64,000 nt of DNA, from NCBI GenBank assembly GCA_047495785.1, contig JBLDXI010000004.1, forward strand, positions 372,001 through 436,000, written 5' to 3'. Within the stretch, counting starts at the first letter, position 1. The number at the start of each line of letters is the position of its first letter. Below are positions 51,876 through 62,944 of the stretch, one piece after another. A program made the translations under genes and the position numbers. The stretch is from Lepidodermella squamata (taxonomy: Eukaryota; Animalia; Gastrotricha). The notes below the pieces were generated by a model. It saw only the letters and a program-made list of their open reading frames with translations. It did not search any database and was not told the DNA's origin.

Positions 51876-53889
51876 ATGATTGCTCATCTCAAAGCTCTGG
51901 TGCTACTGCTGATTCTGGCATTAGCCAGCGTGGCGTGGGGCCAGAAGCCGGACAACTGGGTTCGATGCTTCTCGCAATTCAGCAACCGATTCACCAGCTG
52001 CTTACTAGCTGCCAATGGCTGTGATGTACTCACCGAATATCAGGTTGGAATCGATTCAATTTTCTGGAAACATTGAAACAAGCCTTGAAAATGAATTTTC
52101 TCTGCGGATAGCTTGGTTCAATTTTCAAGAAGGACGGCGTCTGTTATACAGGGGTGAGTTAAATTTGCTTTCTAAAGAATTCTCAAAACTGATCTGATTT
52201 TTCCATTTTAGAATGCCCGAATGTGCTACAAATACAAGGCGTTGACCCCGTATTGCGTACCTGATAATATCGGCTGTAATAACCCGGGGCTAATGAGTGT
52301 ACGCTTCAACTTTCTTATTTCTGTCGATTATGTAAAAAGAAAATATTTTCAACTACAGTTATTTCGGTTCAGCGATCAGACTGCGACGTTGAGCTTCAAA
52401 TACAACATCAACGAATGCGAGAAGAAGCGAGCTGCTTTTGAAGTGAGACATTTGTACTGACTGCTGCGATAGTTCACGCTTTGCGATTTCCCTAGAAATT
52501 ACAATTCAGGCGATGCGTTTCTAACAATGCCATCCAAACCTGTGTTCCAGACCCTTACTCTTGTCCCGAAAATTGGGTATGATGTTTTGCTATTATTCTG
52601 TTATTTTGAAAAAACATTTGTTCTTGGATTCTTGGAATTATTTACTAGTCAATTTCCTAAAATTCTCAGAAAAAACTTTATACTGTCATTTTTTAAAGGA
52701 CAACTTTTTTTTACCTGAATAGGCCACCAACTCGACGCTGTACTCGAATTTGACGTTGTGCATCAACGGCGCAGGTGAGTCGACATTATTTACAGCTGCT
52801 ACTCGAATAGTATTCCTTTGTTCATAGTCAGCGTTCCAGTTAGCGAAAAGTCGCACATCCGCTGCTTCGACTCGACAACTGGGAAATTCACCGACTGCCG
52901 CCCTCAAAGCCCAGGCTGCCTCGCTAGCAATGAAACCCAGAAATTTTCGACAAACGTATACATCAACCGAGATGCTTGCCTGCTCGGAGTAAGTTGTGCC
53001 ATGATTAGTCGAAGTTCGCAGAGTTACTATTTTTATGAATAGAATGCGGTCTCTTGCAAGGATTTATCGAACCGAACATCTTGCTACGCGGCTTGTCCCA
53101 AAGTTCAAACTCAGGTAATAAATAATTAGCTACCCATTTTGACTGAGGTATCATCGGATTTTTTGCTACGGCAGGCGAAGCTCTTCACTGGCTTGCAGTC
53201 CTTTCAATTGAACCACGATAAATGCATCCAGGATATATCGCCACCTGTAAGTTCAGTCTAACCCTCCAATATTTTCCACAAAATCGAATTATTGGAATGT
53301 AAGCTTGAATTCGATTGATTTTCAGTCATGGCTAGTTTCAATTTTTGATAAATTTTTGAAAATTATTTTACAGTCCGGCTATTACCGTTGCGTTGGCAAG
53401 AGCGACGCGGCAGTACGATGCGTGGCGAAAGCAACAGGTTGCAATGCGGCTACTGAACTTCGCATTCCGGCTGATATCGACTACGTTGACCAGACCAGCT
53501 GCCAGAACGCGACTAAGAGGTTCTTTTTGGTAGACATGCTGGATCAACGAAGCGCCGCCGCGGGGAAATGCGCCGAGGTCAACAATGCTGCACTGGCTTC
53601 GATAAGGTCGGACGCGGAGTTGGCTGCTGCTAGACAAGTCATGTTTGCAAAAGAGAGCGCTTCCGCTGCGTGGATCGGCCTCACCCGCCAGAACAGCGTG
53701 CTCAAATGGGACGACGGATCCGATTTCGCGTATGTTCAAGGTCAGTGGGATACGCCCAATGGCGATGGTTGTGGTCTTTTGACAAAACGTGATCTAACGG
53801 ACGGATTTCCAGCTGCAGATTTCTACTACGCCCTGACAACGTGTTCCAGCACCGGTGACTTCGCCTTATGCGAGACATTTTCTTCATGA
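51876..53889 (+). CDS. Paralogue H: secreted protein, signal peptide + 6 four-Cys modules + CTLD (10 exons, apparently intact)
   Basis: Exon 1 51876-52043, exon 2 52112-52153 ... exon 10 53374-53889; continuous frame; AWIGLTR..LKWDDG..C..C..CETFSS*. Confidence 0.88.
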
Positions 53890-54628
53890 GACCAGTTATG
53901 TAACTTAACACGGTCTTGAAAATGGTGATGAGAAGTAGAAGAGAAATTATTAAAGTTGAATAAAGCCGCAGTAAAATAAATTTGTTTTGGAACACCTAAT
54001 AATAGTTTTCGGGAGACTCGCGAGTTTCACTAGTTTGCTTGGAGTGACTCTTTCGTCGCGTAGCGTTTGAAAAGGGCCACCCTCGAGCTGCTGAGCGATC
54101 GGCTGAGCGAGAGCCATCAGTGACAAGTTTATTCACTGATTCGGTGCAACAGTTTGCGCATTTAATAATGAAAACAAGCATTTTTTGTACGAGTATTCAA
54201 TTCTCAAATCTCAGGTAGCACGGGCAGGGTGAGAAGTGGGATAATCAAACTTGGGGATACTGTCGGGTATTTTCGGCCCGGAGTGGCTATTTCGGGGTTT
54301 TCCTGCCTGAAAAAGTACTCACTGGTCAGATAATAATGGGACATTGGGATAGATCGCAGGAGTTCGACCTTACGTAGATCGTGCGATGAAATTAAATAGA
54401 TCCTACGTATGATCGATTCCGATAGATCCAGTATCCAGTCTATTAGACCACAAAAGATCTTGACGTTTTAGCAACTTTCTACTGGCATTGGGAAAATCTT
54501 TCAAATTTCGCACTACATTGATTTCAAAGAAATTCCTCTTTATTATTCTAATTTCACGAGCTTGATTTCCGAAATAGCAATATCTTTCAACAAATACGCA
54601 TCACAGTTCATACATTCATCAATCTAGC

Positions 54629-55232
54629 TCAATTATTTCCTCTCGGGATGAGCTTGGTGAAACATCCATGCGAAGAAATATCCGAGACCAATGAGCCATT
54701 GCGCGAATTGTTTACCTGCGAAACTGACGAGCTTGCTTTAATCGAAGCCCGCCTTCTGTGCTGATATGCATGCTTGCTGAGTTGAGACGCATTGTCGAAA
54801 CGCTGCAAACATGCTAAGTATGTGACGGCAAATTTATCGGAGTGGCGAGTTCGAACGTGATAGCGGAAGCCATTGAGGGAAGAATATAGCCTTGGATTAG
54901 GACAATATTCGCAAACAAATCCGTAATTTCGATTTTCTGCATGACTCAAATTGTAGGGGGTGGAAAGAGCTTTGACCTAAAGAAATTAGAAAAAATTATA
55001 TACAAAACATTGAACAAAAATAACTTTTTACCGAATCATTATAACAGGACGATTTGAATGAGTTCTGCGCGGCTGGATGGAAAGCTGAGAGCCTATCAGC
55101 GCTGGGTACGGCAGAGTTTTGCTTTGGTATAGATAGAGCCCACGGAGCTAGTGTACTAATCGATATAATAGTCACTTTAGGAGAGGATCTACTGCGCGAT
55201 AGATTCAACGGCTTAGCATCAGTTTCATCCAT
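54629..55232 (-). CDS. Small C2H2 zinc-finger protein (at least 2 exons; intron 55031-54977)
   Basis: In-frame splice ..CYNDS|VKALSTPYNLSHAE..; finger FVCEYC..YSSLNGFRYHVRTRH; degenerate second finger YLACLQRF..LSKHAYQH; N-terminal PLNLS. Confidence 0.6.
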
Positions 55233-57040
55233 TTTACAAAGAGGTATCTGGTTTCTAGAAACAATGAGTAGTAAACAGTAAACAATTCATGCTAGGACTT
55301 GACGGGGAAATCGTAAACATTTGCTCCATGAGTAACATTTGGTGGATAAGTATAGAAACTATTCGAATTTAGGATCCTCTTTGTTCATCGCACCAACTAC
55401 GCACTTGATTGAGCGAAGTTATCGACATTGGCTAGGAATCGGGTCGCGAGTCGAGAAAAATCAATAAAGTTGTTTTTTAATTAAAAAAATGGATGCGATT
55501 CATTGACGAACACTACGTTTCAGGAAATACAACCGCGTTAGCTTGAAACGGCTTGGCACGCGATTGCTACGTGGCATAAAATTACAACTGTTTTGATGGC
55601 GCAGCATTTTTTAAACCTGGCCGACCTTACTAGGCCAAACATCACAAATTGTGAGATTAAAAATTAGATCAAGTGGGGGAACGATCAAAACATTTCGAAT
55701 CAACAGTTCGAGGCCAAAGTCAGCTACATACATTCCGTAAACATTTTTTGGCGTTTAAACCTATTGAAATTACGTTTTTGTCAATTCATGTTTTTTTAGT
55801 TGTTTTATGACGTGGTTGAAATTGCATCCATTTTTGTACAAGTTAATTTATTTTTTCAAATTTAGAGGATTTAATTAATGATGATAGGCATGTATCTTGA
55901 TGTATCTTGCCCTTCTGATAATATTGATCGAAGTGAAAATAGCAAGTCAATTTTGCAGCTATTTTTTATTTATTTTTGTGAAAAATGTTTAGGTCCCTGT
56001 GCCAAGATAACGTGCTCAATTTCCTTGTCGCCGAGTCAATTCGAGCTCTCATTTCAGGTAAGACCCAGTGATTATAGCGAAACATGTGATTCTCATCTTA
56101 AATTTATTTTCATAGATGACAGTTTGAAGATTCTCCTTGGACTGAAGCCGCGAGTGACGAGTGACAAGGCGAAAGAACTCGAGGCGGCTACGACTTAGTT
56201 GCTGGAAAATTGAATCGACATTTCACATTTCAAGCAGAGAGACATTTTCTATATTTACGCGATTTGTGATCAATTCGGCCGTTCGTGGACCCAAAAAATC
56301 GACATTGGATGCAATTTATTTATTTTTAAAATATTTAAATGTTTAATTTATTTTCTAATATTAAAAATGCAACATCTGTCAAAAAGAATCATGGGTCTAA
56401 AGAAAATCAGATCTACGGGTTACGTAATAGCGACGGTCAAATCGATAGCACCATTCGATAGCGCTTGTCGACTTTACTAATCGAATATTTAATCCCTAAA
56501 CCCTATCACAAATCTATATCCATGAAAAACTTAAAAAAACACATTTTTCCCATGCTAAATTGCGTAGGTCTGGGTCCAAGAATTTTTTTCTTCGGGACGC
56601 AATGTAAGAAAGGGAGGGGCTGCCCCGGTATTGGTTGTAATACTTTTTACACTCCACTTGATGAGAGGTACATTTTGACACCAAAATCAACCCGATAGGA
56701 GAAAGTAAACAAATTTTTGCCCCATTATAGAACGACCGAATTGCTTCATCGTGCTATTAGACGAATATAATATTGCGAAACATTATTTTGAAATAAATAA
56801 ATGGAAAAACATTGGAATAATTGCTTTTAATGAGAGTAAATGAACCGAGTAGAGGAAGAGCTGGGGCCGTGATTCATGCAGGCAGTTCAAGCCGATATTA
56901 TGACCTCGATCTACGCACGATCTAATCGCGAAAGTTTAGATCTACAATCAGGAGCTATCCGGCGTCTAGGTAGGAGCTAGCTAGATCTACCCCAGTGTCA
57001 TTTTTCGCATCCAACACGATCTATCCAGATAGACCCAATA

Positions 57041-57280
57041 TGAGACCTGGTTCAAGGATGGAAAACACTGCGGCAAACTCTACTCTCAAACCGAAGGTAA
57101 AATCGGGAAACCGAACTAATAAAACTCCAATTAATAAAATAAAAACACGAATGTAGCGACTATTCATTCCATTTATTTAATCTTCGTTCCTCAATTTAAA
57201 TAAGACGGGAGCCCTCCAAACACCAGGCTAGCGTGCGACGTCAAGGTGACGCAGTGAGGCTGCGGGAGCAGACCCTCACA
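57041..57280 (-). repeat. 3' LTR of Gypsy element 1
   Basis: Minus strand TGTGAG...GTCTCA, just after polypurine tract GGAGGGGGGG (~57285-95); partner LTR not in window. Confidence 0.65.
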
Positions 57281-57386
57281 TACGCCCCCCCCTCCGATAA
57301 GTCGTATTTATACGAAAATAACATTAATCACAGACTAAGAAATGAAATAAATGAAATAAACGAGAAATGCAACAGTTCTTGACGGT

Positions 57387-58049
57387 TCAACGGCGGCCTT
57401 GCATCGCCTGCATGATAGCCGGCACCGTGGCCATGATAGCTGACATCGTCTGCGTCATCTCTTGCCCTCGCTCTGGCTTCATCGCCTGCCGCTTCGGTCC
57501 CCAGCATTCCGACGTTGCGTGGGTATTCTTACGGCACCTCGTGCAATATCGGTCGCCACGACGTTCGTTTCGACGTTCGCTACTGGCGATTCGTCTCCTG
57601 AAGGACGTCGCGAAATCCTGCATGATTGCAGCTTGCAGCTCCAGGTCTCGCATCGATCCCATCAGGTAGGCCAACTGCAGGAAAGCGAAGTTCACTCCAT
57701 TCGCGTAGGTTCCTACCACCCCTGCTAACTCGTTCGGCGATAGCTGATTGGAAAATCCAGGCCGCATCGCATAGCCATGAGCCAGGCCGCATTGTAACAT
57801 CTCGGCCGCCAGGTCCAACGATCGCTGACTCGGATTCCCGAACGGCTGGAGCGCTTGTTGTTGACCTGGAGGCAGGACTGGGACTTGCACTGGCACGGGC
57901 TGCAGCGGGGCGTACTGTGTCGGCTGTGTCGGAGCGGGCTGTCGAGGCTGGGCGGCTTGGACCTGAGGTTGGACAGGATTCGCGTCGAGAGTCGGCTCAT
58001 CGACCACACCTTGCAAAGCGTCGGCAACATCGTCCATGGAGATGGCCAT
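57387..58049 (-). CDS. 220-aa Pro/Gln-rich ORF with CCHC zinc knuckle between integrase and 3' LTR
   Basis: CTRCRKNTHATSEC = C-X2-C-X4-H-X4-C; ATG start, GC-rich coding composition. Confidence 0.7.
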   Translation of the reverse strand: MAISMDDVADALQGVVDEPTLDANPVQPQVQAAQPRQPAPTQPTQYAPLQPVPVQVPVLPPGQQQALQPFGNPSQRSLDLAAEMLQCGLAHGYAMRPGFSNQLSPNELAGVVGTYANGVNFAFLQLAYLMGSMRDLELQAAIMQDFATSFRRRIASSERRNERRGDRYCTRCRKNTHATSECWGPKRQAMKPERGQEMTQTMSAIMATVPAIMQAMQGRR

Positions 58050-58926
58050 AGTTGGTTATGCTATTGACAGATTTAATGTTTTTTGGAATGTGAATTTACG
58101 CTGATGATGTCTTAGGATCTTTTAGATTCAATTTTTATACGGCTATTTCTCATTGTTTCATAACCTTCGCGGGTTAGCTCACCGCCAAGGTGTTTTCTGG
58201 AATTTTTGGTTATTTTTAGTATTGGCTATTCTTCTAGACCTTTCTGAATGTCTTGGAGTATCTGGGCTGTTTACGATTGTTTATTGGCTCTGTACGAGAA
58301 AACGCGTGCTTGCTGAAGATTTTTCTGGAAGAAAAATTAGGGGGATACCGTTACATTTTTCGTCACTCTCTCATGTCTGGATTTTTATTTTTTTGACTAC
58401 GTCAGCTCTATGCCATCCTATTATGACTGAAACATAATTTCCGACATAACAGACCGACGTGGCCGTTACCTGTAATCATGATTCATCAGGATTTCTTTCA
58501 GAAAAATACCATCGGTTCTTGGCTAAAACAAGGATTTAGTATTTCTGACGGCAAGGAATTCGGTAGGGTCGAAGCACACCTCTCCCTTAATTGTCAGCTG
58601 AAATGATCCCGATTTTTAATCCTCCATTCACCAATTTCACCGTTACGTGGAAAAAAAACTTGAATCGAAACAACACGCGATTGAAAAAAAACTCAATATT
58701 GCATTTTTTCATTTTTTTACAATTTTATTTACAATACCAGCGATTTTGTTTTTGGCATTCTTCAGCAACGATCGCTGGTCGGCTGATGAAACAACGTTCT
58801 TTCCCGTTCTGCTGTCGAAATTGGCTTTTCCTGTGAAGTCGGCTACCATGTCAGGGTTCTCATACCTTGTCGGACGTGCTGCATTCCTTTTTGGCCTCTG
58901 GGCTGGTGCCTCATTGTCACTTTCCT

Positions 58927-61527
58927 CTACCGGCTGTCGGCTGACTTGTTCTTCTGTTTCAACCTCAAAATGAGTGAGCTGCGGTAGATCGTCAGAGGCG
59001 AGATTGTCGTCAGGGATCTCATCTCGCTCGATAATTTCGAATGGCTCGACATCTTCCGTCTCGTCCTTTGTTCACTTTCCTCTTCGGGCTTGTACTTCAA
59101 GTGTTCTGGTTGCGTTTTCCAGAGATCGATCTTCGAGACATTGAACGTGTCGCTCTCCGTCTCGCTGATTCGCAATTTGACGATGTTGGGGTTGTCTGGA
59201 AAAATTTCGATAATTTCGAACGGCCCTTCGAATCGATCGCCGAACTTGCCGTCACGTTCGACGACTTTTTTGCGCACCCAGTCGCCCACCTTGTAGTGGA
59301 TTGGTCTGACGTTATCGTCCATGCGCTTCTTGCGGCTTTCAAAATCGGCCTTGGCTCGTTTTTGAGCATCTTTCCAAATTTGATTCATCGTCTTGATTTT
59401 TTCCTCGACGTACTGGCAAGGGTTCTTTGTCCCGGTGGTCTTGTTATCGCCACTCATCAAGAACAGAGGGTCCTTGAGCTTGCGGCCGAACACCATCTCG
59501 TGGGGGCTCGCCCCGGTGGCCTTATGCGCTGTTTGGTTGTAGGCGAACGTGACCACATCGAGGTGTTTGTCCCAGTTCTTCTTGTACCTCTTCGCCATCA
59601 TCGCAATGGTGTCACCCAGCACGCGGTTATACCGTTCGGTCACAGAGTCGCCTTTATGTAGCCGTTTACACCAAATCCCGGACCTGTTAGGGTCCTGTTC
59701 CAGTCGGTCGACGTTCCGCATGACACAATCAACTCGTTTTTTGAGTTCAGGATCTTCGATTTTGCCTACCTCCCGATTGCCCTGCTTCTTGGCATTCAAT
59801 ACGGGTCCGATTTCCGGGTCTGACCATTGAGCTTCCCTTAGCTCGTCGAAATTCCAGCTGAGCTCTTTCAGGTAAATTAGGTGGATAAAATCGGTTTGCT
59901 GCTCGTTGAGTAAGTAGCATCTTGTCAGAGCATCGGCGTATTGATTTTTGCCTGGGACATGTTCGACCTTGAACTCGAACTCTTGGAGCTCCAACATCCA
60001 CCTTATCATCTGCGCGTTCTGCGTTTCCAAACTTCTCATAGCTAGCAAGGGTTGGTGGTCGGTTCTCAAAGTGAACTCTTGACCAAGCAAGTACTGTCTG
60101 AACTTCCTAGCGATGGCCCAAAAAATCGCATATGCTTCACGTTTGACCGTAGCGTAGCGTTGTTCTGCTTGAGTCAGAACTTTGCTGGCCGCTGCCACTA
60201 GGCGGAGTTTACCTTGCTCCTCTTGGCACAAAAGTCACCTGAGGCGTCAGTATACAAAATGAACGGCTTATTCCAATCCGGAGGTTTCAAGACTGGTGGG
60301 CTCAGGAAAGCTTTCTTTATATTTTCGAAAGCTTCCAACATTTCTGTGGTCCACACTAACTTTCCTTTGGTTTTGCTGGCCACCTTGGTGAGAGGCGCCA
60401 CTAAGTTAGCCAGGTTTGGAATATGATTCCGGAGGAACGACGCTAGTCCCAGAAAGGCTCTTAACTTTTTGAAAGTTTGGGGTGGTTCGCAATTTCGGAT
60501 GCTTTCGAGTTTGTTCGGGTCCGGTCTTAGGCCTTTTTCTGATAGAATTGTGCCGAGGAATTTCACTTCGCGCACCAAGAATCGGCACTTCTGAGGTTTC
60601 AGCAGCATGCCTGAATTGGCTATTCTCATCAGGATCTCTTTCAATCTTGCGATCATTTCCTCGATCGTATCAGCCCAAATGTTGATGTCATCTTGAAGCA
60701 CTACGCAGGTTTTGTACAACAACCCCTCGAGTAGCTTGTTGATGTACCTTTGCATTTCATTTCCAGCGTTTTTCAAGCCAAATGGCATTCTTGTAAAGGC
60801 ATAGACGGCATTCCTGGCTCGGAACGCAGTTTTCACCTTGTCTTCCTCCCTGAGCTTGACGGTCCAATAGGCTGACGAAATATCTAGCTGGCAGTAGTAT
60901 TTGTGTCCAGCTGCTGCTTCGATCAGTTTTTGCATGTTTGGCATGACCTGAGCTTCAGGAGTGATGATTGGGTTCATTGGCGAAAAGTTGACCGCAAAGC
61001 GAAGCTTGTCTGTGCCTTTCTTTTTGACCAAAACTGGAAAAAAGGCGAATGGTGCTCTAGGGCATTCTTCAACTATGCCCATGCTTATCATATCTGCTAG
61101 CTCTTTATCGATGATCTCTTCTTGCTTCGGGGAAAAGGTCATTGATCTTAATGGACGATCCGTCTTTATCTGGCAAAAAGTCAATTTTATGTTCGACTCC
61201 TTTGGCTAGACCTTCCTCGCCTCTTTTCGAGAAGCATGGTATGTCCTTGACCAACTTGAGGATTTGCTGTCTTTCCTCTGCTGTGTTATCTGGCATTGTT
61301 TCGTCCAGGTGTTTTACCCAGTCGAAGTCTTTTTCTTCAAGTTTCGGAACGCAAATGCGGTCGATGTTCTCTTCGACGCAAAATTCATCGTCCATGTCGT
61401 TGAACCACTGTCTGCTGTCGTAGGACAACACAGGAAAGGAATTGCCATGTCGGGCCAAATACCATGGGAGCTCTACCTCACCCATTGGCTCGTCATTCAC
61501 AAGCAAGACTGGCTGTTTGTTTTTCAA
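58927..61527 (-). pseudogene. pol: Gypsy/Ty3 pol (RT-RNase H-integrase), frameshifted and internally deleted
   Basis: LDISSAYW, RMPFGLKNAG, LQDD, FLG; RNase H YTDAS, YATVKREA, TDHQPL; integrase C-half ERYNR..SPHEMVFG..FEGPF; integrase HHCC and both catalytic Asp missing. Confidence 0.92.
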
Positions 61528-61538
61528 ACCGATGGTAA

Positions 61539-61967
61539 TGTAGTACGGAAACTTTGTAAACTAATGAAAAGTAATATCTCTCGTGAGTTCTTGTACTACT
61601 GAATTATTCCTGCGAAGGATTAATATGCGGCTCGTAAAACTTCTTGTAAATGAAATACAATAGCAACCAAAAGAAAGTCGCGAAAATGCTAAGTCCAAGA
61701 GTATAAGTCAAAGGTTTTATTATTTGCATAAAATGATGATTCTTGCACGTTTTCAACGGCGCTTATATAGGCCGGATAGATCTAAGGAATTTAGTATATT
61801 TATGTTTAATTCTTGTTTTGGCTCGATGCCGACATTCCATGGCCAACTGCCAAACTCCTTGGCCAGTTGCCAACCACGTTATTTTATTCCCTTGGCCGAC
61901 TGCCAACTTCCTTGGCCAGTCGCCAATTATACGTGAGTACACACACACATCTTATCACCTTTTTACA
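61539..61967 (-). repeat. 3' LTR of LTR element 2, nested in element 1 pol
   Basis: Minus strand TGTA...TACA, preceded by PPT AAGGGGAAAGG (61968-78); internal TATATAA and AATAAA; abuts the cut pol frame. Confidence 0.72.
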
Positions 61968-62094
61968 CCTTTCCCCTTAGTTTATTCATAATGACAAAAA
62001 GGTGCTATGTACATGTGCAGCACGGTTAGTAATTTTAAACTCTACAAATAGAATTAGTATTTACATCGGCAACGGCAACGGCTTACGCGTCTGC

Positions 62095-62856
62095 TTACAT
62101 CGGCTGGTCGGGGAAGCCGTGCGGAAGACTGGGGTTGATGAGATATCCCTCCGCATTCAACTGCCTCATGTAAGCCAGGTCATCTAAGAAGATGTGTTGG
62201 TCCAACATTCGGTTGCAGGGGACCTGTCGAACTCCGCCTCCAACATAGAACTCCGAGTTCCAATCGTTACTCATCAGAGTAATTTCCTCGAGTTCCGAAA
62301 ATGGTTGCGTCTGCCACAAATTGAATCGCGCTGGCAGGGTAATACGCGCATTTAATGTCAACGAGTTGTATTCCAGCCGCGGGATATCTGTCGTTCCCAG
62401 CACCTGCTCCAGTCTGGTACGCGGCGTTACCAAGCGCATGATGCGTTCGGTAAAGATGACCCGCCACGTGCGGTACTCGAGCGTGTGCAGCGCCCCTTCG
62501 TCCGGCATTCTATCGGGCAGAACTGACGCCGGCTTCAAGGAGGATGGCACTGCCTGCAGCATCATAGTAACGCGAGGGCCATCTGGCTGGGCGTTGGCGA
62601 GGCGCCTGTACAAAAACGGCGCTTCGTTTTCCGCCTCAGTGAAGCGAGTCGTTACTTGTGAAACGGTGCCGTCATCGTGCAACCACGTGTTGTTGCGTTG
62701 GAACCCGTCTCGATAAACGAAATCTCGAGCGTTGGCTGGCAGTATGGGCGGAGACGGCGGGTTGCTTTCAGGGCCATATTCAGCATTAGGTTGTGGCGGT
62801 TGAGGCGGCGGATATTCGGCCACGGATTCCTCCTCAGATACAGATGGCGGCCGCAT
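62095..62856 (-). CDS. 253-aa accessory ORF of unknown function in LTR element 2
   Basis: ATG-initiated, GC-rich, Pro-rich N-terminus; lies between the env-like ORF and PPT. Confidence 0.6.
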   Translation of the reverse strand: MRPPSVSEEESVAEYPPPQPPQPNAEYGPESNPPSPPILPANARDFVYRDGFQRNNTWLHDDGTVSQVTTRFTEAENEAPFLYRRLANAQPDGPRVTMMLQAVPSSLKPASVLPDRMPDEGALHTLEYRTWRVIFTERIMRLVTPRTRLEQVLGTTDIPRLEYNSLTLNARITLPARFNLWQTQPFSELEEITLMSNDWNSEFYVGGGVRQVPCNRMLDQHIFLDDLAYMRQLNAEGYLINPSLPHGFPDQPM

Positions 62857-62944
62857 GGCTGATACTTGTTGATGGTTTGAAAAAAATTTAAAATGCAGAA
62901 AATAAATATTTGTGTCAGTGTGATTTTGTTTGTTATTTCGCCGT

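Noticed and set aside
57367-61209. Plus-strand ORFs over the retrotransposon
   Set aside because: Antisense shadows of GC-rich coding sequence.
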